Below are positions 1 through 13,222 of a DNA stretch of 64,000 nucleotides, in pieces (position 1 is the first letter of the stretch; every line of letters begins with the position of its first letter). A program made the translations under genes and the position numbers. Source of the stretch: Octopus vulgaris (lineage: Eukaryota); NCBI GenBank assembly GCA_951406725.2, contig OX597816.1, forward strand, positions 83,948,001-84,012,000, in the 5' to 3' direction. The notes beneath the pieces are model-generated. The model did not search any database and was not told the origin of the DNA. It saw only the letters and a list, made by a program, of their open reading frames with translations.

Positions 1-32
<32 letters not shown>

Positions 33-133
33 TTACATGCACACACACATATACTCACGCATACATGTGCATACCCAAGCATTTACATATATACATATCT
101 ATTTATCCAGCTGTCTATCAATCTCTCTCTCTC

Positions 134-185
<52 letters not shown>

Positions 186-1024
186 CACAAACGTGCAAGG
201 GTGTATACTCATGTAAAATATATATTTATGCATATGTATACACGTGTGTATGTAATATATATACATATATTAATCACATCGATGCAATATACATACAAAG
301 AGAGAGACATATTTAAGAAATTACATCTAATTTTCATAGATATATGATGTAAATATAAAACCGTATGTCTTAAATGATATTTACCTAAATATATATACAC
401 ATGCATGGAAATGTGTTTACATGGTTATGATATTTTGTGCATGTTTATCTGTACATACCCGAATACGCCTGTTCATGTCTCTATATGTGTATGCAAGCTG
501 TTTCCAAGTGTACGTATCTATGCACACACAGACATATATGTGTGTGAAATTAGACCGTTTGACATAGAAAAGATCTGGGTATTATCATGTATATATTTCA
601 TGTGTTTATGGTATGTGTATGTATAAATATATCTGTTATTGCTATATAACAGTAAAAACGATGAAGCTATACGTCTAATGTTTAAGTTCCGATTGTGAGG
701 AGAGGCTAGCGACGGATTTTGGCTAGATTGTATCGGGGACCAGAAATTGCTTATACATCAGATATTTATTCCAGTATCGTATATGTTGTCCGAGGAAAGG
801 GAAACTGCCGAAACTCTTTGGCTCCTGTGACAGAGTAGGACTGAAGCCCATGTCTGACTGTCTTAAAGTCTCAGGATCTTAATACCGGTGTTAGTTATTA
901 GCTGCAAAAGGCAGTTTTGACCACTCTGCGATTTGAACACGAAACCTAAAATGCAGATCAATAGCATTGCTGCTCTGTAGATTGTCGTTCTCTAGATTGC
1001 AACGGTGCACACATTTATAGACTT

Positions 1025-1068
<44 letters not shown>

Positions 1069-1185
1069 GGTGTGTATGTACATAAAATTATATATACATA
1101 TACGTAAATTATATATACATATATCAAATATATATATACACTCATACGCATGCACACACACATACACACATATGCATATATATAT

Positions 1186-1304
1186 ATCACCTTGATCACC
1201 TTGACCGACCAGTCCGTCAGGCGTCCATTTGACACCGCTGTCCACTTCTCTCTGGATCGCGCCTTTCTCATCCTCGTGATCCCAATCGTCCCAGGAGGAC
1301 GATT

Positions 1305-1308
<4 letters not shown>
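1186..1308 (-). mobile_element. 3' end of an RTE-like LINE (ORF C-terminus plus short repeated tail), embedded in (TA)n
   Basis: Minus strand reads [26 protein letters not shown], similar to the A.xR..W C-terminal motif of RTE-clade ORFs. It ends in the repeated tail GGTCAAGGTGATCAAGGTGAT. GC-rich island between TA microsatellites. Confidence 0.55.
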
Positions 1309-1354
<46 letters not shown>

Positions 1355-1604
1355 TATATACATACCTACATATATATATATATATATATAGATAGATATA
1401 TATACATATCATATGTGTACATATATATATTTATGTACACACACACAAATATCATATCATATATACCACACGTGAATATGTATATATAAAGATTATTCTG
1501 ACAAACAAATATGATCAACTAAATTTATACGAATATACTATTTATTATAGCGAATAAAATCTGATTACATCGTATTAAATACATTATCGAAGTAACAAGT
1601 TTCT

Positions 1605-1850
1605 TATTTCTTTATTGTCGACAAAGGGCTAAACATAGAGGAGACAAACAAGGACAGACAAAGGGATTAAATCGATTACATCGACCTCAATGCGTAACTA
1701 GTACTTCGTAACTGGTACTTAATTTATTGACCCCGAAAGGGATGAAAGGCAAAGTCGACCTCGGCGGAATTTGAACTCAGAACGAACAGCAGACGAAATA
1801 CTGCTAAGCATTTCGTCCGGCGTGCTAACGTTTCTGCCAGCTCGCCGCCT
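1605..1850 (-). mobile_element. SINE family B, tail type B1, full length with 12-bp TSD
   Basis: Head AAGGCGGCGAGCTGGCAGAAACGTTAGCACG with B-box-like GAGTTCAAATTCC. Homologous to 54418-54658 and 62301-62718. TAACAAGTTTCT is repeated at 1593-1604 and 1851-1862. Confidence 0.9.
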
Positions 1851-2630
1851 TAACAAGTTTCTATTCTTATTAAACCTTCATTAGAGAGAGAAAAAAGAAA
1901 TTCTTACATTCCATGGAATGCTTCATCATAGCTTTCTATAGTGCATGCCGACTAGGACTCAACAAATCTGGCCAGTCCAGTCGTACATATTCATAATTTT
2001 TCTGTATATTTTTCTAATATTTGTTTCCATGTGTGTTTGGGAGTGAAATTGTTCTATAATTTGTGTTAATTTTCGGACTATGCGTGGTCGATGATAAATA
2101 TCAATGGGCCATGAACAACAATGATTTTTCGTCGGCGACCTGGAGGTGGGTGAGTGGGGGGCTCATTTTCAACGGTTAAATGAACAGTTTCTGAATATAG
2201 AACATAAAATCGTGCCACAAAATACATTGAAGCTTGTACTTCAGGTTGCAAGTCACAGACCATTAATCAATCACTCTTATATTCTAGTTAAATAACCATT
2301 TACGTTTTCACGCTGGTAGCCAAATATAAAGACACCAATTTGTATCAGCATATGTGTATGCACAAGGCAACCCTCTACACCATATTTTCCTCGGTTACAA
2401 AGTGGCAGTCAAGTCTTATTTCCTCTCACACACGTATGTGTGTGATTGCATGTGCATAATCATACACACAAACATTTATGTATGTATGTATATATATATA
2501 TATATATATATATTACATATATATGTATATATATGTTATATATATGTAAATATATGTATGTATATATTTATTTATATATATCATATAAGCACAGTCATAC
2601 ACATGTATACACACACACACATATATATAT

Positions 2631-2830
2631 ACTCTTTTACTTGTTTCATTCATTTGACTGCGGCCATGCTGGATCACCGCCTTTAGTCGAGCAAATCGAC
2701 TTATTCTTTGTAAGCCTGGTACTTATTCTATCGGTCTCTTTTGCCGAACCGCTAAGTTACGGGGACGTAAACACACCCGCATCGGCTGTCAAGCGATGTT
2801 GGTGAGGGAGGGGAAAACAAACATACACAA

Positions 2831-2895
<65 letters not shown>

Positions 2896-2996
2896 CATAT
2901 ACATATATACGACGGGCTTCTTTCAGTTTCCGTCTACCAAACCCACTCACAAGGCTTTGGTCGGCCCGAGGCTACAGTAGAAATCACTTACCCAAG
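2631..2996 (-). mobile_element. SINE family A, 5'-truncated, with internal (CA)/(TA) microsatellite
   Basis: Matches the family A body (CCAAAGCCTTGTGAGTGG...CAGCATGGCCGCAGTCAAATGA...AAACAAGTAAAAGAGT on the minus strand). The tRNA-like head is missing. Confidence 0.9.
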
Positions 2997-3538
2997 TGTC
3001 TTCTATTATATTTACAAACATACATGCATAAACATATTCCAGTATTTAACTTGTCACCTGATCCCGGTTTCTTGGAAATCATTGAAATCACCTATAAATC
3101 CGTTTCAAAACTAAGTATCTACCTTTTCAACGTACGTTGTGTACTTCATCAATTAGTGTTTCTTCACCTGTCTATAAACCCATACATTAATGTATATTCA
3201 TTCATACATATACACTATATATATATATATATACCTATTACTTCAATCCACCTGAGTAATATAGGTAGGATGAGGTATTTTTATCTATTGGCTGAAACAG
3301 CTGTAAGTTATTTTCCAAATTTATATTCATTTTTTTAATAATAATTACTGGTATCCTTATATATTACTATATTTTATATCTTACATCTTATATGTAAAGA
3401 ATAATATATTATATGTATGTATATTATTGTAATTATCAGTTTAGTAAATAAATAAATAAATAAATAAATTAACATAATATAATGTCTAAAAATTGATGAA
3501 CCACCTATTGTTCTCCATTTTCTTATTGCTATATATAC

Positions 3539-3622
<84 letters not shown>

Positions 3623-4315
3623 ATATATATATATATATATGAGTTGATATCAACTGCACTGTCATCATCAAACATTGAAGTATGGATTGGTTTGTTGTTC
3701 TTTATATTTTCACACAGGATTTTTATGGATGTTGCAGTGTCTGTTTAGGACTTAGCTCACCACATTTTCTGATAACTAGTCAGTGCCCAGTTTTCTACGA
3801 ACATGGCTTGTGTCCATGGCTCAAATACCTCTGCTTGTGTGTCTTATGAACAACAACAAAATCAATTACAACTACGAATATTTCTCAGTTGATCTTAAAC
3901 ACGTTCCAAATCACTGGTGAAACTAATTTCCCTGCAGTTAATATTATTTCTCCCAGAAAGCGAGCGTAAGTGTGTCAGACAGGACAAAGTGATCCCTGGT
4001 ATGCTATGTAGAACCACATTATCGCTATGGGCAGTATATTTATTTATTTATTTATTCCGTTAAATGCCTTCTCCGTCTGGCTATAAACATGTACCAGATG
4101 CTAGAAGCAATTCACTGTTGCTCTAAGAATTTGCGGTAATGTAAAACTTACCCAAGGTCTACACTGTTAGTTTATTATGCTCAGATCCTCCTCTAATAAA
4201 TAGTTGTATTATTTTATTATTATTATCGTCATTGTGGTAGTAGTAGTAGTAGTAGTAGTAGTTTCTCGAATCGTATTGCGAGGAACAAATCAGATATCAA
4301 AACTTCTTGAAGTGT

Positions 4316-4570
4316 GCAGACGCGTGGCTTAGTGGTTAGGGTATTAGACTCATGATTGAAAGACTGTGGTCTCGATTCTTGGATCGGGCGATGTCTCATG
4401 TTCTTGAGTAAAACATTTCATTTTCACTTTTCTCCAGCCCACTCTGCTGGCAAAAATGGTTAATCCTACGCCGGACCGGCGTCCCCGTCAGGTAGCGGGG
4501 GAATATATGTGGTATGGAATCCAAGAAAGCGGCCCTATGAGTCTATGACACGGAAAGGGTCTTTATCCTT
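4316..4570 (+). mobile_element. tRNA-derived SINE (family D), diverged
   Basis: A-box-like TGGCTTAGTGG and B-box-like GGTCTCGATTC, followed by a core CCACTCTGCTGGCAAAAATG shared with 39645-39872. Ends in a CTTTATC repeat. Confidence 0.7.
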
Positions 4571-4649
4571 TATCCATCTTATCTTTATTTTATACCCAAC
4601 AAATCTTCTTGAAGCTGATAAATTAGATACAAGTAGTGGGTGCTGTTTA

Positions 4650-4965
4650 ATCCCAGGTCAGTCCACAATGAGCAAACATAGGAGCAAAAACACTCCATCC
4701 ATGTCCATCCTGTCTTCTTATGTTTAAGGATCATTTTTTTCCCAATGTGTCCTTTTTCGAAGACGATGCAGTGTGGATGAAGTGTACAGAAGTTCCCTTC
4801 CCCTAAATGTATGAATTTCTGCCATTATTACAAAGCAGACTGAGGTAGATCAACTGCTAGAAAGAACAGTCAAATCCCCTTGAAACCCCACACAGTCGTC
4901 TTGTAAATATATTAGGACAGGATAATCATGGATGGAATATCTTTGCCCGAAGGTCTGCTCTTTCA
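4650..4965. mobile_element. diverged fold-back (MITE-like) element
   Basis: GAGCAAACATAGGAGCAAAAACACTCCATCCATGTCCATCCTGTC (about 4670-4715) is an imperfect inverted repeat of about 4915-4960. There is also an inner pair AAGACGATGCAGTGTGG / CCACACAGTCGTCTT. Confidence 0.55.
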
Positions 4966-5246
4966 AATAGAGTTGGTGGTGGAGGTAGTGGTGGTGGTGG
5001 TAGAGGATGGGAAACTGTTGAGAATCAGGATAAATAAAGTATTTGGTTTTACCTCTCAAGATTTTAAATTCAAATCAAGTTCTGGTTTGTTGAAAATTCT
5101 ATAGATATGAGATCGATATAATAAATGTTAAGCTACCCACTATACATACATGCATGAATGCATACATACATGCATACATACATACTTACATACATACATG
5201 TGTACATACATACATACATACATACATACATACATACATACATACA

Positions 5247-5278
<32 letters not shown>

Positions 5279-5648
5279 GACATACACATAAATATACCTC
5301 AAACTCAATACATAACTGTGTACAACATATGTGATATGGAGATCTATATTAAACACATTTAAGTGATTATATGTGTGTGTATTTGTCTGTGCGTGCGTCA
5401 GTGTGTCTGTGTCTGTATGTGCGTATGCGTGTGTTTGTGTGTTTATATTTGTATGCGTATGTATGTGTATACGTATATTTGAACGTAAGTGTGTGCATGT
5501 TTGTAAGTGCTATGTCTTCACAAATTGGGTGGCAGCTAAGTATGTTTTACATCCGTCAAATTGGCGGGATAATATGAAACGTGTTAGACATACGCACAAG
5601 CACATATTGCCACAAAACATCATCACACACATACACGTCATATATATA

Positions 5649-6023
5649 AGTGCAGGAGTGGCTGTGTGGTAAGTAGCTTGTTTACCAACCACATGGTTCC
5701 GGGTTCAGTCCCACTGCGTGGATGCCACGGGCCGACCAAAGCCTTGTGAGTGGATTTGGTAGACGGAAACTGAAAGAAGCCCGTCGTATATATGTATATG
5801 TGTAAGTGTGTTTATATGTTTGTGTCTGTATTTGTCCCTCCCCCAACATCGCTTGACAACCGATGCTGGTGTGTTTACGTCCTCGTAACTTAGCGGTTCG
5901 GCAAAACAGACCGATAGAATAAGTACTAGGCTTACAAAGAATAAGTCTTGGAGGTCGATTTGCTCGACTAAAGGCGGTGTTCCAGTATGGCCGCAGTCAA
6001 ATGTTAGAAACAAGTAAAAGAGT
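5649..6023 (+). mobile_element. SINE family A, near full length
   Basis: Head GCAGGAGTGGCTGTGTGGTAAG...GGTTCAGTCCC (A/B-box-like), internal TA/TG tract, tail AAGTAAAAGAGT. Small deletion after the head. Confidence 0.92.
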
Positions 6024-6048
6024 ATGTATATATACATATTATATACAT

Positions 6049-6109
<61 letters not shown>

Positions 6110-6302
6110 ATATATCTATATATATGTATGTAATTATATATATATATATATACACACACACACATATATGGGTGTGCGTGTATGCCTGTGTATGCGCCTT
6201 CCACCAGCAACCCTCTCACCACCACCATGAAAGATAACAATAGAAACAATAGTTAATAGCAACAAAACCAGTCGAACTGACTACCGTGTCCTCTCCCCCC
6301 TC

Positions 6303-6334
<32 letters not shown>

Positions 6335-6864
6335 GCGAACTAAATTGGCATAAATATAACAGGAAACAAAATACAATAACGAAAGGAATAAAAGACACAA
6401 AAAAAAAGACATCTTTTGGGTCCTAAAATTCTAGGAGCAATATAGACCGGGTCTCCGTTACTGTTGTATAATGGCTCGAGGGCAGGGTATAGGTGGGAGT
6501 TTGATAGAGGTGGCGATGGGTATGATGGAGGTGGTGGTGGTGGTGGGTATGATGGTGGGGGTAGCGACGATGCTGTGCACAGTGTGGCGTAAAGATGACA
6601 TAAAGTAGTAATCTTGTCTATGAGCTGAATCGAGGGGATGGGTGGTTGGCTAGTCAGGAAAAGTTGATACGGTTAAAGCAAAAGGTGTGTGTACCCGTCT
6701 CTGTGAATGTGTGTATGTGCTCTGTTGTGTCTGTAAGAGGGTGTATTGTTGATACAGGAAAACGTTAGCTTACATAAAGACAAAGCTATGAAAAATAAAG
6801 ACCAAAAAAGAAAATGGAATTGAAATTGTAATTTCTCTGTAACTACCGTCCACAGCGATTGCTA

Positions 6865-6942
<78 letters not shown>

Positions 6943-6944
6943 AT

Positions 6945-7135
6945 TCTTTTATTTTTTTACTTGTTTCAGTTATTTTGACTGCGGCCATGCTGGAGCACCA
7001 CATTTAGGCGAGCAAATCGACCCCAGGACTTATTCTTTCCGCGTGTTTTGCCGATACGCTAAGTTACGGGTATATAAACGCAACAGTATCGGTTGTCAAG
7101 CGATGTTGGGGAGGGGGGACAAACACTGACACACA
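6945..7135 (-). mobile_element. SINE family A, 3' half
   Basis: TTACTTGTTTCAGTTATTTTGACTGCGGCCATGCTGGAGCACC...CGGTTGTCAAGCGATG on the plus strand. Confidence 0.85.
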
Positions 7136-7172
7136 AAACATATATGTAATATATATATTACACGTATATATG

Positions 7173-7306
<134 letters not shown>

Positions 7307-7444
7307 ATGAGTGTGAATGTATGCATATGTGTATGTATGTGTTTATATACATATAATGTATATATATATATATTTATGTATACATAAGTATATATACATA
7401 CACACATATATAGGTACATATATATATATATATTTACATACTCT

Positions 7445-7815
7445 GATACTTTGGTAGACTTCAGCTAGCATTGGCCCAGGCCATGTCCAAGTAAAATCAT
7501 TCAAATCAGGAATCGGACAACATGGCCCACTCGAGGAGAGAGTTATTGTTTACGGAGATATATCCGGGTGTAGGAGGTTTATCCGGGATTTATGGAGGAA
7601 TTTGTCCAAAGACGTCTTGAAATTTATGGGGTCTGTCTCTGCTTTAATGTATTTTGGTGTTATGTTAAAGGCAGCGAGGTTAATTGACGTGAAATAATTG
7701 TGCCATATTGTTATGTGATGCGAGTATGATTTTTGTTGTGGGCGGTCAGCACGGCGCCCAAGTTTTGGGTTTATCTGATGGAATATTTCCCACATCATGC
7801 AGATGATGTAGCGCT
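7445..7815 (-). mobile_element. CR1-group LINE, ORF2 C-terminus plus 3' UTR, degraded
   Basis: RYIICMMWEIFHQ...HNYFTSINLAAFNITPKYIKAETDPINFKTSLDKFL. The same motif series (WK, LFNI.P, FK..LD.FL..IPD.P, NNSL.EW) appears in the copies at 21.7k, 26.1k, 27.1k and 37.9k. Confidence 0.75.
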
Positions 7816-7925
7816 ATGCATAAATATATACATAAATACATGTATATAAGAATGTACACATACACCCACAATAATTGATGAATGAAACGGAAGATTTTCA
7901 GTACGATAATCGTTTTGACCCATCC

Positions 7926-8000
7926 AAAGAATAAGTCCTGGGGTCGATTTGTTCGACTAAAGACGGTGCTCCAGCAAGACCGCAGTTAAATGACTGCAAC
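7926..8000 (+). mobile_element. SINE family A 3' fragment
   Basis: AAAGAATAAGTCCTGGGGTCGATTTGTTCGACTAAAGACGGTGCTCCAGCAAGACCGCAGTTAAATGACTG. Confidence 0.8.
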
Positions 8001-8067
8001 TGTCCATTACGCGTTGGATATTGTGCATCTAATTGTGTTGCATCAATATGTGCAGTCCGTGTCACAT

Positions 8068-8100
<33 letters not shown>

Positions 8101-8213
8101 TGAATCTATATATATATATATAGTTGATAAGATAATAGTTAATTCCTGGGACATTTTTATACATATGTGCATGTATGTACGTATGTATATATATATATAT
8201 ATATATACATATA

Positions 8214-8309
<96 letters not shown>

Positions 8310-8311
<2 letters not shown>

Positions 8312-8425
8312 CCGGGCTTCTTTTATTTTCCGTCTATCAAATCCACTCACAAGGCTTTGGTCGGCCCGAGACTATAGTTGAAGACACTTGTTCAAGATGC
8401 GACGGAGTGGGTCTGAACTCGGAGC
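8310..8425 (-). mobile_element. SINE family A 5'-half fragment
   Basis: TCCGTCTATCAAATCCACTCACAAGGCTTTGGTCGGCCCGAGACTATAG on the plus strand. Confidence 0.8.
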
Positions 8426-8663
8426 TATAATATTTATGACACAAACACAGCTATGTATCTATCTATGTATCTATATATATATATATACATATATATATAT
8501 ACATACATGTACATATATATACATACATATACATATATATACATACATATGTATATATACATATTCATACATATATATATACATACACATATATATGTGT
8601 GTGTGTATATATATGTATATATATATATATGTGTGTATATATATACATATATATATATCTTTG

Positions 8664-8694
<31 letters not shown>

Positions 8695-8708
8695 GTGTGT
8701 ATATATAC

Positions 8709-8798
<90 letters not shown>

Positions 8799-9846
8799 AT
8801 ATATATGTGTGTGTGTGTGTACATACGCACTGGCTCAGGAACGAAATTTGCTTGGGGGATGCAAATCCAGGTCCAAAAATTTTATATAAGTAAGGTCATG
8901 TGTTTTTTTTTTATATTTATTTATGTTGTTTGTTCTGTGAGAAGAAACCTAATTCAAGCTACTTTTTACAGATAACTTTTTACTTACCGTTTTTTTAAAC
9001 CCGAGAAAAGTAAACAGGGTTGCAAATCTCGATTTAGCACCCCTCAAAAATTTTAGAGGGTACAAGCGCACCCACTGCAATCCCCTGCTTCCAGGTCCAT
9101 GTACATATATCTATACACTCACACACAAGCATACGCGCGGGCGTGTACGTGTGTAAATGTATATACTGTGAGAGAGTGAGAAGAAGCTCATGACAGAGGG
9201 TTGTTTGTTTGATTTCCTGCATTGTGCGTGTGTATACGCCATGTGTATCTGTATGTCTAACGAGATAAATGGCTGAAGCGCATTCATCAGTTCCTTAGTA
9301 TTTACCACTACCTATCATAAGTATTTCATTCATATTGCTGAATGATTTGTAACTTAAGTGTGTACCTCCATCAGTGCTTAACTACTAAGATAAGAGACTA
9401 TGAGTCTACCACTGCCTGTTCGTTCTACATGCTAGATATAGCAACCAAACCAACGTAGATCTTAAAATATGGTCTTGAAAAAGGTGTTGCATAATTTGAT
9501 TTTCAGTTCGTTGTACGTAGGAAAAACGGGATGGCCATTTATAGGATGCACTCGGCCAGAGTTGTCACCATCATTAACAACAGCAACGGGCCTTAATGTG
9601 TACATAAGTATTATAGGTACATATGTTTATTTGTGAATATGTGTGTATATTTGTGTGTGCACGTGTGTTTTTGTTTCTGTGTGTGTGTGTGTGTGTGTGT
9701 GTACGAGCGTGTATGTGTGTAAATTTACATTGCGTGTTTACATGACTGTATGAATGTGTGTGCGCATGTAGGTATGTATGTACGTATGTATATATGTATG
9801 CGTGTGTGTCTGTATATATATATATATACGTATGTGAATGTATGTT

Positions 9847-9877
<31 letters not shown>

Positions 9878-10351
9878 ATGTGAGTGTGTATGCGTGCGTG
9901 TATGCGAGTCTGTGTGCATGTGTGTATGTCTGTGTGCATGTGTGTGTGTGTGTGTGTGCGCGCAGTGTTCCATCAAGTCTAGGTTTCAGAAATAAATGAA
10001 TAAATAACTAAATAAATAAATAGATAAATAAAGACAAAAAGAAACAAACAAACAAAGAATGAAAGACACAAACAAATAAATAAATAAAAATGGAATATAG
10101 TGCTGAAATGGTACCTTGTTTTTCGATATATAAGAAGCGAAAATCCAAGGTAGCAGCGCCAGGATTTGAACTCTGTGTGTTGAGAACCGAAGCCAATATC
10201 ATTTTACATTGTAGTCCAACCTCTCATGAGGAACACACTTTGTCTCCTTTAATACTTACATTTATTACAAACTTTTAATTCGCACAACATACATATACCA
10301 CCTGCATTCATAAAGTTAGACATACGTGTGTCTAACAATCTATCTATCCAT

Positions 10352-10411
<60 letters not shown>

Positions 10412-10439
10412 CATATATATACATACATATATACATATG

Positions 10440-10483
<44 letters not shown>

Positions 10484-10973
10484 TACATATGTATAAACAC
10501 ATAGACACACGCACACATATATATATATACATATATACATATATATACGTATATATATATACGTATATACATATATATACATACATATACATACATATAT
10601 ATCCACACACACACACACTCATATATATATACATATATATATATTTCATGTCTATTATGTATTTTCATACAGAAACTTTCTGTCCAAGTAATTATCTTCT
10701 GATTTATTATTTTGAAGTTGAAATTGCTCCATATAATGATGTATTGATTATAAAGTAAAATATTTTGCCTATAAGCACATATGAATTTTATTAATACGGT
10801 TATATAGCAACAAAAGTTGCAGACAATCATAAACATCACAATATATATAATCATATACTGAAGTATAAATTATACCGCAGAACTTATTAATGTATATAGT
10901 CATAAATATTGTAAACTCTAATAATGTTGATACTTATAACACACGCTTTTATATATATAGCTATATATATATA

Positions 10974-11113
<140 letters not shown>

Positions 11114-11152
11114 TATATACATATATATATATATATACACACATATATATAT

Positions 11153-11233
<81 letters not shown>

Positions 11234-11376
11234 CACATATATATATATACATATATATACATATATATATATATATGTATATATGTACACACATATATAC
11301 ACATACACGCATATATACATCTATCTCTTCATACCCATCTATACCTTTATATATAAATATTCATACACACAGATAC

Positions 11377-11412
<36 letters not shown>

Positions 11413-11416
<4 letters not shown>

Positions 11417-11706
11417 AGTCGCAATGGACCAGTGGTTAGGGCAGCGGACTCGCTGTCGTAGGATCGCGGTTTCGATTTCCAGACTTGGCGTTGTGGGTGT
11501 TTATTGAGTGAAAACACCTAAAGCTCCACGAGGCTCCAGCAGGGAGATGGGGTGGCAGTCCCTGCTGAACTATTTCGCCTCAACCTTCTCTCACTCTTTC
11601 TTCTGTTGGCTCGCTTAGCCAGCGGGGCGGCGTCATTTGAAGGCTAAAACAATGCGAAGCGCATTGTGATCAGCGATGTGTAGCAACATCGGTGATCACG
11701 GTGATA
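11413..11706 (+). mobile_element. tRNA-derived SINE family C, full length
   Basis: tRNA-like head GGAGTCGCAATGGACCAGTGGTTAGGGCAGCGGACTCG...GGTTTCGATTTCC. Homologous along its length to 31645-31932. Tail GGTGATCACGGTGAT. Confidence 0.88.
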
Positions 11707-11764
11707 TATATATATATTTACATATATATATACATATGTATATATATATTTACATCTACATATG

Positions 11765-11796
<32 letters not shown>

Positions 11797-11797
11797 A

Positions 11798-11852
<55 letters not shown>

Positions 11853-12361
11853 ATATGTATGTGTGTGTGTATGTGTGTGTGTGTGTGTGTTTCATAAGCA
11901 TTCTTTTTGTCTTAGTCTCTGCATATGAGGATTATGCCACTGACAAATATCTGAAAGGTCTTGAAAGTGATCAGACAGAAGCTATACTTTCTGTCCACAG
12001 AGAGTTCAACTTGTGGTGTTACAACTTTGCTTACTCTTCACAGTTTAAATATCAAAGTTTATTACTTCACATTGTGAATGCACTGGTAACACCATGTAAA
12101 GTACTACTGAATAACTAATCTTGTGATTGTTCGTGCTGAACAAGCAATGGCCTCCAATCACACGCAAACACATGAACACTTAAATCTATATGCCAATGAA
12201 TATATGTATGTATGTATATTTATCTATATGTGTGTCTGTGTATACATATATATTAATATGTAGGTGTATTTATGTAAATACATACATAGATACATACATA
12301 CATGCATGCATGCATACATACATACATACATACATACATACATACATACATACATCTTCTA

Positions 12362-13222
12362 TCTCTTACTTGTTTTAGTCATTTGATTGCGGCCTTGCTG
12401 GGGCATCGCTTTGAAGGATTTTAGTTGAGCAAATTGCCCCTAGGACTTATTTTATTAAAAACTTAGTACTTATTCTATCGGTCACCCTTGCTGAACCGAT
12501 AAGTTACAGGAACGTAAACATACCAACACCGGGTGTCAAGCAGTGTGGGTGGCGGTAACAATCACAGACATAAAACTTACATACATGGATGTATACATGT
12601 ATACACACACACACTCACACACACACATACACGCGCATATACATATATATACATACACACATACATTAGGCGCAGGCGTGGCTGCGTGGTAAGAAGTTTG
12701 CTTCCCAACCACATGGTTCCAGGTTCAGTCCCAATACGTGGCATCTTAGACAAATGATTTCTACTATGGCTTCGGGCCGACCAAAGCCTTGTGAGTGGAT
12801 TTGGTGGACGGAAACTGAAGGAAGCCCATCGTATATGTATATGTTTATGTGCGTGTATCTCTGTCTTTGTCGCCCCGCCATCGCTTGACAACCGATGTTG
12901 GTGTGTTTACGTCCCCGAAACTTAACTGTTTGGCAAAAGAGACCGATAGACTAAGTACTAGACTTATAAAGAATAAGTCCTGTGGGTTGATTTCTTCGTC
13001 TAAAGGTGGTGCTCTAGCATAGCTGCAGTCAAATGACTGAAAGAAGTAAAATAGTATTTATGAGTATATGTACATATACGACGGACTTCTTTCAGTTTCC
13101 ATCTATCAAATTCACTCACCCAAGGGTATAGTAGAAGACACTTCCCTCAGATGCCACGCAGTGAGACTGAACTCCGAACCATATGGCTGGGAAGCAAGCA
13201 TTTTGACTCACAGCCACGCCGC
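12362..13222 (-). mobile_element. older SINE family A copy split into a 3' half (12362-12580) and a 5' half (13070-13222) by a nested insertion
   Basis: The two halves are collinear and on the same strand. They are separated at the internal microsatellite by a plus-strand family A copy. Confidence 0.75.
12668..13055 (+). mobile_element. SINE family A, full length, nested
   Basis: AGGCGCAGGCGTGGCTGCGTGGTAAG head through CAGTCAAATGACTGAAAGAAGTAAAATAGT tail. Confidence 0.9.

Noticed and set aside
11413-11490. tRNA-like sequences here and at about 31860-31932 and 4320-4390
   Set aside because: They are SINE heads that continue into a shared repeat body and tail, and the acceptor stems are not intact.
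11940-12040. Minus-strand ...DRKYSFCLITFKTFQ, resembling the actin C-terminus
   Set aside because: Only two short words match, with the wrong spacing and no VWIGGSIL; probably chance.
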